This document shows, piece after piece, positions 1 through 10,577 of a stretch of DNA of 64,000 nucleotides. Each line of letters starts with the position of its first letter. The stretch's first letter is position 1. A program made the position numbers and the translations under genes. The notes under the pieces were generated by a model. The model did no database searches. It saw nothing but the letters and a program-made list of their open reading frames with translations, and was not told the DNA's origin. Origin of the DNA: Candidatus Eiseniibacteriota bacterium (GTDB taxonomy: Bacteria; Eisenbacteria; RBG-16-71-46); contig OY970178.1 of the NCBI GenBank assembly GCA_963707915.1, forward strand, positions 2,016,001 through 2,080,000. The letters are read 5' to 3'.

Positions 1-1
1 G

Positions 2-1390
<1,389 letters not shown>

Positions 1391-1497
1391 CGGTCCCGGC
1401 GGAACGAGGGCCCGGCGCGTCCCGCGCGCATCCGCCCGAAAGCCCGCCGCCCCGTCCGCGAAGCGCGAACGGGGCGGCGGCAGGACGAGCCTGGAGT

Positions 1498-3243
1498 CTA
1501 GCGCACGATCACAACGCGGCCGGTCTCGATCGCCTCGTCGGTGCCGCGGTGGCGCGCGAAGTAGAGCCCCGGGGCGAGCGTCGCGGTCCCCTCGAGCGTG
1601 ACCTCGCGCGCGCCGGCGGACACCTCGGTCTCGGCGCACACACGCCCCGCCACGTCGTGCAGCTGGATGAGCCCTTCCGCGACGGCGCCGAGCGTGGCGA
1701 CCACGCCCCGCCCCGGCGCGAAGCGCAGCCGGAACACCCGCGGGGCAACGACCACCGGCTCCACGCCGACAGCCTCGCCGCCCGGGGCGAAGCGCCGCGC
1801 GAACACGCCCTGGCGCTCGTACCTCTGCGACCAGACGAAGATCGCGCCGGCGCCGCTCGTGGGCGCCAGGCCGATGTCCATGTAGAAGTAGTACAGCGTG
1901 TGGTCGTTCCATTCGAGGAAGTCCGGCCCGGCCGCGCCCGAGGCATACGTGTGCTTGAGCGCGATGCCTGAGAACGGGGAGCCCTGGCTGAACGGGATGT
2001 TCGAGCGATACGAGGCGAGGTACGTGTCGCCCGTCGGCGGCACGATAAATTCGAACCCCCCGCCCATCGGCGCGCTCCATTCCATCTGCGTGGCCGCCGG
2101 CGTGAAGCGCGTCAGCGAGATGTCGTCGAACGCGAACACGCCGCCCGCGGTCTCCGGGAACAGGCGCAGCGAGTTGTCCGCACCGTAATCGGCCGCCTGC
2201 CTCCAAACACCTCCCGCATCCGGCACCACGCCCGCCAGGGGCCACGACGGATCCGCCGCGCCGGTCGAGTCTCGATGGAAGAGCCTCGGCGTCAGCGTGG
2301 CCCCGCCGTCCACCACGTCCGAAACGAGCAGGTACGCGCCCTCTGCCCCATCGGAAGCAACCGCCACAGGCGATGCCGCGAAGTAGGGCGGGTAGGAGGG
2401 TGAGTAGACGGCAGAGGCGTTCACCAGCAACTCGCCGTGGAACTCGCGCACGGCCACGCTGCCGGACTCCCATCCGGGCGCCTCGGACCCCTCCGACATG
2501 AGGCGCAGGAGCCGCCATGAACCGGCGTGATACCCGTTCGCGTCGTACACCGCATCGCCCCACGCGACCCAGGCGCCGCCGTCGGAGGCCGGGGCGTACG
2601 AGAAGGCGAGCGTCCGCAACCCGCCATTGGATTGATCTGAGATGGCGTACTGGAAGCCCCCCTCGGGCCAGCCTCCCGCGCTGAGGCCGTCCGGACCCAG
2701 GTGCACGATGCAACCCGACGTGTACAACGGCGCGCCCATGAGCCACCCGAGCCAGATGCCACCCTGCCCGTCGGCGAACACCCGTGGACGGAATGCCGAC
2801 GCAAAGATGTAGCCGAGGAACCTGCCGCGCGCCGTCCAGCCGGCGGCGATCTTGCCGTCCGGGATCACGCGCGTGAGGTAGAGCTCCGCGCCTTCCATCC
2901 ACCAGACGTAGGCACCACCATTGCCGTCAGCGAGCGCGCCGAGCGCCGAACGGTTCACCGTCTCGCTGCTGACATGCGCGCCGGCCACCGGCCAGGTCGC
3001 GTCGACGTCGCCGTTCGCGAGCAGGCGCCTGGCAAGCAGCCGGAACGTGCCGGGACTCGCCGCGACGTCCTGTTGCCACACGACGATGGCGCCGTCCTGC
3101 GCGTCGGAGGCGGCGGCGACCAGCGGACATGCGTCCGTCGTCGCGTGCACGGTGACGGGATCCACCGACCAGGCCGCGTGGCCGACGGCGGGAGCGAGGA
3201 GCGCTGCGCTCAGGATCAGGGCGATCTCAAGGCGGGCCTTCAT
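1498..3243 (-). CDS. Secreted protein with DG.GG/GWP-type repeats and C-terminal T9SS/FlgD-like sorting domain
   Basis: Signal peptide MKARLEIALILSAALLAPAVGHA, GGAGG RBS, recurring SDG.GGA.V.W and GWP motifs, C-terminus LHDVAGR...PGLYFAR...RVVIVR. Confidence 0.75.
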   Translation of the reverse strand: MKARLEIALILSAALLAPAVGHAAWSVDPVTVHATTDACPLVAAASDAQDGAIVVWQQDVAASPGTFRLLARRLLANGDVDATWPVAGAHVSSETVNRSALGALADGNGGAYVWWMEGAELYLTRVIPDGKIAAGWTARGRFLGYIFASAFRPRVFADGQGGIWLGWLMGAPLYTSGCIVHLGPDGLSAGGWPEGGFQYAISDQSNGGLRTLAFSYAPASDGGAWVAWGDAVYDANGYHAGSWRLLRLMSEGSEAPGWESGSVAVREFHGELLVNASAVYSPSYPPYFAASPVAVASDGAEGAYLLVSDVVDGGATLTPRLFHRDSTGAADPSWPLAGVVPDAGGVWRQAADYGADNSLRLFPETAGGVFAFDDISLTRFTPAATQMEWSAPMGGGFEFIVPPTGDTYLASYRSNIPFSQGSPFSGIALKHTYASGAAGPDFLEWNDHTLYYFYMDIGLAPTSGAGAIFVWSQRYERQGVFARRFAPGGEAVGVEPVVVAPRVFRLRFAPGRGVVATLGAVAEGLIQLHDVAGRVCAETEVSAGAREVTLEGTATLAPGLYFARHRGTDEAIETGRVVIVR

Positions 3244-3466
3244 GAGTCACCTCCCATGCAGGGCGACGCGGGCTCGGGGGCATCCAGTCGCGACGTCGTC
3301 CAGCCGGGATTGTTCGCCCCGGTGCAGAACGCTGTCAAGGCCTGACCGTGCGCCGCCAGGAGCGCCGGAGCCCCGACCCCGCTGCCCGGGCGCCGCTTCC
3401 GCACGAGCGGGAGCCAGCAGATGGGCGGGGCGCACCGGTGTCCCCTGCCGACTCGCAGCCCGGCGC

Positions 3467-3493
3467 TCAAGTCCCCGCCCCGGATACCGGGAT
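3467..3493 (+). promoter_or_regulatory. Putative sigma28 (FliA)-like promoter
   Basis: TCAA-N15-ACCGGGAT, same spacing as the copy at 5588-5614; resembles TAAA-N15-GCCGATAA. Confidence 0.35.
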
Positions 3494-3536
3494 CATGGGA
3501 AAGGGCAGCTGTGCCCGACAGGAGGAGAATATCCCC

Positions 3537-4001
3537 ATGGTCAACGGAATCAGTCCTGCGCTCTACGGCCTGGACGCGGCCTCGTGGTCGGCCACCCAGG
3601 CACGTCGTGAATCCACCGTGGCCACGAACCTCCTCGCGGTGCAGGCCTCGAGTGACACCACCGCCGAGATCGACATCGCCACGAAGGACGGCGACATGGT
3701 GACGATCTCGCTCTCCTCCGACGTCGATGCGGGATATGCCTACTACCGCCGCACAGGCCCCGCTGCAGGAAGCGATCTGGAAGCCAGAGCGTTGGTCGCC
3801 TCGGCCAGCAGCGAGCTGCAGATCACGGTGCCGGGGAACCTCGACGAGCAGGAGTTGGCCGACATCACGAAGCTCGTCCGGCAGCTCGGTCAGGCGATCC
3901 GCAGCTTCGTGAAGGGCGACACCACCGCGTCGGCCCGGCAGGCCCTCGCATCTGGCCCGTCTCGCCGTCGAGGATGTGGATGGCCGCCGAACCCGCGGTG
4001 A
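3537..4001 (+). pseudogene. C-terminally truncated paralog of the 5658-6464 protein (DUF5610-like)
   Basis: GGAGGAG RBS. Protein MVNGISPAL...TKDGDMVTISL...GNLDEQELADI aligns closely with 5658-6464 up to about base 3950, then similarity stops. Confidence 0.6.
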
Positions 4002-4313
4002 AGCTGACCTGGCCGGCGCCGAAGTGGTGGGTCTCGCGCCCGAGCGCGTCGTGGAGCCGGAACTCGCGCGGCGTCGAGGCGAGCGCGGCCCCACCGTCCT
4101 AGCCGGCGCCCGCGGCCGGCCCGGGACACCCGGGCGAGCGTCGAGCGGGCCCGTGCGGCCCGGCGGCCCCGGTTCCATCTCCGCAGCGTGGCGACTTCGC
4201 AACGGACGCGAGGCGTCCTGCATGTCGCCGCTCACTGGACGCGCTGCCGCAGGCCGTGTTCCCGCGGGCGTGGTTCATGCTTGGGCCTCTCCCCCCCTGG
4301 TGGAGGAGATCCC

Positions 4314-5372
4314 ATGAACGCACACCGAACCGGACTCATCAGCGCGCTCGCCCTGGCCCTCGTCCTGTCCGCGGGTTGTTCCTCGCAGCCGAGCGCGATC
4401 ACGGCGCCCCTCGAGGCCGCGGCGGCGCCCGACCCGGGCCACAGCGGCGTCGTGCTGCTCGAGGACTTCGCCGGCCGCCAGATCTTCCCGGCCAGCGACG
4501 GCTGGAACCTGGACGCCAGCCAGGCCCCGGTGGACTCGAACTCCCAGGCCTACATCGACCTGATCAGCAGGCGCACGGCGCAGAACCCGGGCGGCGTGTG
4601 CAGGCTCTCCGCCCGTTTCGGCCCCCCGCCCTGGGGCATCCCCTACGTCGGGGTCTCCGGCAAGCAGGCGCTGCTGCCCGTCACCTTCGACAACTCGATC
4701 CAGAGCGACCCGGCGGCGCCGGGGCGGCCGGTCGGCTACCCGATCCCCGAGGAAGCGAAGCTCCTGCCCAGCTACCTCGAGGGCAACCTGCCCGGCGGGG
4801 GCACGGCCGGCGACCGGCACATGATCGTGGTGGACCGCGACAACGGCCTGCTGTTCGAGACCTGGGCCACGCGCTGGAACGCGGATGCCGGCCGCTGGGA
4901 AGCGGGCTCGGGGGCGACGTTCAGTCTCTCCGCCGGCGCCGTGCGCCCCCACGGCTGGACCTCGGCCGACGCGGCGGGGCTGGCCATCTTCCCGGGCCTG
5001 GTGCGTTACGACGAGGCGTACGGCGAGGGCGAGATCACGCATGCCTTCCGCACCACGTGTCCGTTCGTGTACGAGCACGTTTGGCCCGCCTCGCACACCG
5101 AGGCGGGCGGCGTGATCGGTGCGCCGCCGCTGGGCGCGCGGCTGCGGCTCAAGGCCTCGGTCGACCTCTCCGGCTACGCACCCCAGATCCAGCGGATCTT
5201 CCGTGCCATGCAGAAGTACGGGCTGATCATCGCGGACAGCGGCGGTGACGGCCTGGGCGTGACCGGCACGATGGACGCGCGCTGGAACGGCAACCTCCTC
5301 AACCCGGCGTTCGGGAGCCTCACCGCGGACGACTTCGAGGTCGTGCAGCTGGGCTGGGGGCAACCGAACTAG
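4314..5372 (+). CDS. Uncharacterised lipoprotein
   Basis: GGAGGAG RBS, lipobox LSAGC, conserved-looking motifs FP..DGWN, GDRHMIVVD, GWTSADAAGLAIFPGLVRYDE, ITHAFR. Confidence 0.8.
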   Translation: MNAHRTGLISALALALVLSAGCSSQPSAITAPLEAAAAPDPGHSGVVLLEDFAGRQIFPASDGWNLDASQAPVDSNSQAYIDLISRRTAQNPGGVCRLSARFGPPPWGIPYVGVSGKQALLPVTFDNSIQSDPAAPGRPVGYPIPEEAKLLPSYLEGNLPGGGTAGDRHMIVVDRDNGLLFETWATRWNADAGRWEAGSGATFSLSAGAVRPHGWTSADAAGLAIFPGLVRYDEAYGEGEITHAFRTTCPFVYEHVWPASHTEAGGVIGAPPLGARLRLKASVDLSGYAPQIQRIFRAMQKYGLIIADSGGDGLGVTGTMDARWNGNLLNPAFGSLTADDFEVVQLGWGQPN

Positions 5373-5587
5373 GCCCCGGCCGGGGCCCTCACGGGCCATC
5401 TCCGGTGCCGGGCGGTGCCGGCTCCATCGGGAGGATCCGGCCGGGGCACCGATTCCCCACGATCATCCGCCCGGCCGTAGCGTCTGGACGGGCCTCGCTT
5501 TGGGCCTGCAAGGGCGTCGTGTCGCCCACCGGGGCCGGGGGACCCCTCCCGGAGCGGCCCCCCACTCCAAGCCTGCCCGCCGCCCCC

Positions 5588-5614
5588 TCAAGCCCCGGTC
5601 TCTCGGACCGAGAT
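5588..5614 (+). promoter_or_regulatory. Putative sigma28 (FliA)-like promoter
   Basis: TCAA-N15-ACCGAGAT, ending about 44 nt upstream of ATG 5658; conserved in the paralogous leader. Confidence 0.4.
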
Positions 5615-5657
5615 TATGGGTAGGGGCACCCGTGCCCGGAAAGTGAGGCTACCCCCC

Positions 5658-6464
5658 ATGATCAACGGAATCAGTCCCGCGCTCGTCGGGCTCGACCCGA
5701 CCGCGTGGTCGTCCGCCCCGGCGCGCCGGGAGTCCTCCAGTGCCACGAGCGTCCTCGCGGCGCAGGCCTCGAGCGAGACCACGGCCGACATCGACATCGT
5801 CACCAAGGACGGCGACACGGTGACGATCTCCCTGCACTCCGACGTCGACGCGGGGTACGCCTACTATCGCCGCACCGGTGACGGGAGCGAACTGGAAGCC
5901 CGCGCGCTCGTCGCCTCGGTCAGCCAGGAGTTGCAGGTCACGGTGGAGGGGAGCCTCGACGAGCAGGAGCTGGCCGACATCGCGAAGCTTGTCAAGCAGA
6001 TCGGCCAGGCGATCCGCAGCTTCGTCAAGGGCAACACCACGGCGTCGGCCCAGCAGGCCCTCGAGGGGCCCGCGCTGGACTCGCTCTCGGGATTCTCGCT
6101 CGACATGACGCATTCGGACAGCCTCGCGCTGGTCGCGGCGGGCGCCACGACGACGACCGCTCCGGCGGGCGAGGTGACGTTCGAGAAGCCCGTGGCCGAG
6201 CCGCTGCCGACGCTCCCGATCGCGTACGAGGCGGACCCGCCGGACTCCCGGCGCCCTGGCGTCGAGGGCGTGCTCGAGGCGATGCAGAAGAGCGTGAAGG
6301 ACTCCGGCATCGACCTGGCCCGGGCCGGGAAGGTGCTGGTGAGGGCGCTCGAGCGGCTGATGAAGCGCATCGCCGAGGAACCGGCGGGCAGGTCCGCCCG
6401 GCCGGCGCTCGAGGAGATCGCGGCCCGCCTCCCCGAGCACCTGCGGCACGCGCACGACGAGTAG
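5658..6464 (+). CDS. Hypothetical protein, DUF5610-like (T.DGD.VTIS / G.LDEQEL..I motifs)
   Basis: Intact ORF with GC3-rich codons and a paralog at 3537. Family assignment is from motif memory only. Confidence 0.7.
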   Translation: MINGISPALVGLDPTAWSSAPARRESSSATSVLAAQASSETTADIDIVTKDGDTVTISLHSDVDAGYAYYRRTGDGSELEARALVASVSQELQVTVEGSLDEQELADIAKLVKQIGQAIRSFVKGNTTASAQQALEGPALDSLSGFSLDMTHSDSLALVAAGATTTTAPAGEVTFEKPVAEPLPTLPIAYEADPPDSRRPGVEGVLEAMQKSVKDSGIDLARAGKVLVRALERLMKRIAEEPAGRSARPALEEIAARLPEHLRHAHDE

Positions 6465-7027
6465 GGCGGATCCACGGCGGCGCCGGGCCCACCGCGGCCC
6501 CGGCGCCGTCGCGCACCGCCGGCCACGCCCCCGCGCAGTCTCCGCGGGGGCGCGGCGTTTGGGGAGCGATCCCGCCGCGTGACGCCCGGGGGTGCGCGCC
6601 ACGTGGGCCGCGCACGCCGCCCGGGCGCAGGGTCCCGCCTGCCGCCCCTTCCGGCGCACGCGCGCTCGACCCCGCTCGTCCTGGTCCCGACGCGGACGAG
6701 ACCGTCCCCGGGCGGCCCTTCCCCACCAGACTCAGGCGGCGAGGACGGCGCCGTGCTGGGCAGGTCATACGTTTGGACCATTGCCCCATACGGAGGAGTG
6801 AACGAAGATGAGACTCCACGCGTGATTTGCGCGGGCAGGGCGTAGCGAGCCGGGGCGCAGCGAGTCGAACCGCGCACCGGAGGCGCCAGCACCATCGACA
6901 GGCCGCGGAAACGCAGGCTGAATCAGGGTCACATCTCCGCCGCAGGGGAAGCGCAACGGCGGCAGGAGGTGTGGCCGCTTCTTGTGAGCCGGCGGCCCAT
7001 GGCCGGTCTCGCGTCAGGGGGAGCGCC

Positions 7028-7375
7028 ATGAGCCCGAACCCGCGAAGCACCGCGCGGAACCCGATGACCGCGCCGAAGCCGGCGTCCCGGGGACGCGTGT
7101 TCATCCGCGTGGAACGATGCAAGGGCTGCGCCTTCTGCGTCGAGTTCTGTCCGCAGAAGGTGCTGAAGCTCTCCGCCGACTTCAATCCCAAGGGCTTCCA
7201 CTACCCCGTCGTGGTCAAGGACGAGTGCATCAACTGCACCCTGTGCCTCTCCCTGTGCCCGGACTATGCGATCTACTCGAAACCCGTCGGCGCACGACCG
7301 GCCGCGCAATCGGCCCCCGGCTCGAACGGCGACGGCGTGAAGCGCGAGACGTCCCGCCAAGGAACCCCGTCATGA
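7028..7375 (+). CDS. korD: 2x[4Fe-4S] ferredoxin, delta subunit of 2-oxoacid:ferredoxin oxidoreductase
   Basis: CKGCAFCVEFCP and CINCTLCLSLCP; ATGA overlap with the alpha subunit. Alternative start at 7064. Confidence 0.88.
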   Translation: MSPNPRSTARNPMTAPKPASRGRVFIRVERCKGCAFCVEFCPQKVLKLSADFNPKGFHYPVVVKDECINCTLCLSLCPDYAIYSKPVGARPAAQSAPGSNGDGVKRETSRQGTPS

Positions 7376-8568
7376 GCGAGAACCCCGCGGTACTGACCGG
7401 CGAGCACTTCCTCCTGGGCGATCACGCCATCACCGAAGGGGCCCTGGCGGCCGGTTGCCGCTTCTTCGCCGGCTACCCGATCACGCCCTCGACCGAGACG
7501 GCGGAGTTGATGTCCCAGCGCATGCCCGAGGTGGGCGGCCTGTACCTGCAGATGGAGGACGAGATCGCCTCGATCGCCGCCATCCTGGGCGCGGCCTGGG
7601 GCGGGGCGAAGACCATGACCGCGACCTCCGGCCCCGGCTTCTCGCTGATGCTCGAGAACCTCGGGCTCGGCGTCATCACCGAGACCCCCACGGTGATCGT
7701 CAACGTCCAGCGCGGCGGGCCCTCCACCGGGCTGCCGACCCTCATGGCGCAGGGCGACATGATGCAGGCGCGCTGGGGCTCGCACGGCCACTACGAGATC
7801 ATCGCGGTCTCGCCCTGGAACGCGCAGGAGTGCTTCGAGCTCACGCTGCGCGCGTTCAACCTCGCCGAGCGCTACCGGACGCCGGTGCTGGTGCTGGCCG
7901 ACGCGGAGATCGGCCACCTGATCGAGAAGGTCGTGATCCCGCCGGCCGAGAGCCTCGAGATCTGGCACCGCAAGCGGCCGACCGCGAAGCCCGGCGAGTT
8001 CAAGACCTTCCAGCCCGACGACGACCTCATCCCGCCCATGGCGCCGATCGGCGAGGGCTACCGCGTCTTCGTGGACAGCCTCACCCACGACGAGCGCGGC
8101 TACCCGGTGATGACCGCCGAGTGCCAGGCGAAGCTGGTCCAGCGGCTGTGCGACAAGATCACCCACAACCGCTTCGCGATCTACGACAACGTCGAGCGGG
8201 ACGTGGAGGACGCCGAGGTCCTGGTGCTGTCCTACGGCATCTCGGCGCGCACCGCGATGCGCTCGATCGCGCTGGCGAAGGCGCGCGGCCTGAAGGTCGG
8301 CATGCTGCGGCTGCGGACCGTCTGGCCGTTCCCCGACGAGCGCGTGCGGGAGTTGTCCCGGAAGGTCAAGGGCATCGTGGTTCCCGAGCTCAACCTGGGC
8401 CAGATGGTGCGCGAAGTGGAGCGCTGCGCGATCGACACCTGCCAGGTCGCGCTGGTGCCGCATGCCGGCGGCAGCCTGCACGACCCCGAGGCGATCCTCG
8501 AGGCGATCGTCCAGGTGTCCGAGGGCCGGGCGCCGTCGCGGGCGGCCCTGGCGGTCCAGGGGAAGTAG
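7372..8568 (+). CDS. korA: 2-oxoacid:ferredoxin oxidoreductase alpha subunit
   Basis: FAGYPITPSTE, QMEDEIAS, TATSGPGFSLM, VQRGGPSTGLPT. Confidence 0.93.
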   Translation: MSENPAVLTGEHFLLGDHAITEGALAAGCRFFAGYPITPSTETAELMSQRMPEVGGLYLQMEDEIASIAAILGAAWGGAKTMTATSGPGFSLMLENLGLGVITETPTVIVNVQRGGPSTGLPTLMAQGDMMQARWGSHGHYEIIAVSPWNAQECFELTLRAFNLAERYRTPVLVLADAEIGHLIEKVVIPPAESLEIWHRKRPTAKPGEFKTFQPDDDLIPPMAPIGEGYRVFVDSLTHDERGYPVMTAECQAKLVQRLCDKITHNRFAIYDNVERDVEDAEVLVLSYGISARTAMRSIALAKARGLKVGMLRLRTVWPFPDERVRELSRKVKGIVVPELNLGQMVREVERCAIDTCQVALVPHAGGSLHDPEAILEAIVQVSEGRAPSRAALAVQGK

Positions 8569-8570
8569 CG

Positions 8571-10577
8571 ATGCCCCGGATCGGCGTCTTCGTCTGTCAC
8601 TGCGGCGAGAACATCGCCCGCACGGTGGACGTCCGCAAGGTGGCCGAGAGCGCCGGGAAGATCCCCGGCGTGGTCTTCTCCACCGACTACACCTACATGT
8701 GCTCCGCGCCCGGCCAGAAACTGGTGATGGACGCCATCCGCGAGCGGGGGCTCACCGGGGTCGTGGTCTCGGCCTGTTCCCCGCAGCTCCACGAGCCCAC
8801 GTTCCGCAACGCCGTGAAGCAGGCGGGCCTCAATCCCTTCATGTGCGAGATGGCGAACATCCGCGAGCAGTGCTCGTGGGTGCACCCGGACCGCGCCGAG
8901 GGCACGGCCAAGGCCTCCCGGATCATGGCCTCGGCGGTGCAGAAGGTGGCGCGCAGCCGCCCGCTGAACGCCTCGGAGGTGCCGGTCACCAAGCGCGCAC
9001 TGGTCATCGGCGGCGGCGTGGCCGGGATCCGCACGGCGCTCGACATCGCCAACGCCGGCCACGAGGTGGTGCTGGTCGAGAAGCAGCCGTCGATCGGCGG
9101 CAACATGGCGCGACTGAGCGAGACGTTCCCGACACTCGACTGCTCCCAGTGCATCCTGACCCCGCTCATGGTCGAGGTCGCGCGCCACCCGCGCATCGAG
9201 CTCATCACCCACGCCGAGGTCGAGGAGGTCTCGGGCTACGTCGGCAACTTCCGCGTCCGCATCCGCCGCCGGCCGTCGTTCGTGCGCGCGGACCAGTGCA
9301 CCGCCTGCGGCGACTGCGCCGCCGCGTGCCCGGTGTCCGTGCCGAACGAGTTCGACCAGGGCCTGGCGTGGCGCAAGGCGATCTACATCCCGTTCCCCCA
9401 GGCCGTGCCCTCGACCTACACGCTCGACGCCGCCAACTGCTCGAACCAGTCGCTGGTCTCGGCCAAGAGCGGCTACCGGGTGCTGGCGTGCGAGCGCTGC
9501 GCCAACGCCTGCAGCCGCAAGGCGATCGACTACGACATGAAGCCCGAGATCCTCGAGCGCGAGGTCGGCGCGATCGTCGCCGCCACCGGCTACAAGATGA
9601 TGGGCGGCGAGGGGCTCGCGGACTACGGCTACGGCCGCTACCCGGACGTGGTGGACAGCCTCGAGTTCGAGCGGTTGCTCTCCGCCTCGGGGCCGACCGG
9701 CGGCGAGGTGCTCCGGCCGTCCGACGGCAGGCCCGCGCGGGACGTGGTGTTCGTGCAGTGCGTGGGCTCGCGCGACCCCGAACACGGCTACCCCTACTGC
9801 TCCCGGGTCTGCTGCATGTACACGGCCAAGCACGCGCTGCTGTTCAAGCACAAGGTGCATGGCGGACGGGCCACGGTCTTCTACATCGACATCCGCGCCG
9901 CGGGCAAGGGCTACGAGGAGTTCGTGCAGCGCGCGATGCAGGAGGAGCGCGTCCTCTACGTGCGCGGGCGCGTCGCCCGGGTGGTCCAGCAGGACGGGCA
10001 GCTCGTGGTCTACGGCGCCGACACGCTCAGCGGCCAGCCGCTGCAGGTGCGCGCCGACCTCGTGGTGCTGGCCAGCGCGATGGTGCCCGCCCAGACCGAC
10101 GTGGCGGCCCGGCTGCGCGTGCCGACCGACGCCTACGGCTTCTTCCAGGAGGCCCACCCCAAGCTGCGCCCGGTCGAGACGCTGACCGCGGGGATCTTCA
10201 TCACCGGCGCGGCGCACGGGCCGAAGGACATCCCGGACACGGTGGCCCAGGCGTCGGCCGCCGCGTCGAAGGCGCTCGACCTGTTGTCCCGGACCCGGCT
10301 GCAGCGCGAACCGACCATCGCCCGCGTCGACGAGGCCGTGTGCATGGCCTGCTTCGAGTGCATCCGGGTGTGCCCCTACCAGGCGGTCGCGAGGCACGAG
10401 ATCCGCGCGCGCGACGGGCGGCTGCTGCGCGTGGTCGCACGCGTGAACCCGGCGATGTGCGAAGGCTGCGGCGCCTGCTCCGGCGCGTGCCGCTCGAGCG
10501 CCATGGACCTGCAGGGCTACACCGACAGCCAGATCTTCGCGCAGCTGACCGCGCTGATGGCGGGGGTGAACTCATGA
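8571..10577 (+). CDS. hdrA: Heterodisulfide reductase subunit A-like electron-bifurcating flavoprotein
   Basis: RIGVFVCHCGENI, NIREQCSWVH, FAD motif ALVIGGGVAG, TFPTLDCSQC, QCVGSRD...CSRVCCMYTAKHA, C-terminal ferredoxin. Confidence 0.95.
   Translation: MPRIGVFVCHCGENIARTVDVRKVAESAGKIPGVVFSTDYTYMCSAPGQKLVMDAIRERGLTGVVVSACSPQLHEPTFRNAVKQAGLNPFMCEMANIREQCSWVHPDRAEGTAKASRIMASAVQKVARSRPLNASEVPVTKRALVIGGGVAGIRTALDIANAGHEVVLVEKQPSIGGNMARLSETFPTLDCSQCILTPLMVEVARHPRIELITHAEVEEVSGYVGNFRVRIRRRPSFVRADQCTACGDCAAACPVSVPNEFDQGLAWRKAIYIPFPQAVPSTYTLDAANCSNQSLVSAKSGYRVLACERCANACSRKAIDYDMKPEILEREVGAIVAATGYKMMGGEGLADYGYGRYPDVVDSLEFERLLSASGPTGGEVLRPSDGRPARDVVFVQCVGSRDPEHGYPYCSRVCCMYTAKHALLFKHKVHGGRATVFYIDIRAAGKGYEEFVQRAMQEERVLYVRGRVARVVQQDGQLVVYGADTLSGQPLQVRADLVVLASAMVPAQTDVAARLRVPTDAYGFFQEAHPKLRPVETLTAGIFITGAAHGPKDIPDTVAQASAAASKALDLLSRTRLQREPTIARVDEAVCMACFECIRVCPYQAVARHEIRARDGRLLRVVARVNPAMCEGCGACSGACRSSAMDLQGYTDSQIFAQLTALMAGVNS

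Noticed and set aside
4266..4281. Sigma54-like GG-N10-GC upstream of the lipoprotein gene
   Set aside because: Poor match to TGGCAC...TTGC and expected by chance in GC-rich DNA.
6700..7025. Possible riboswitch in the leader of the kor-hdr-flx operon
   Set aside because: No recognisable riboswitch consensus; an Rfam scan would be needed.
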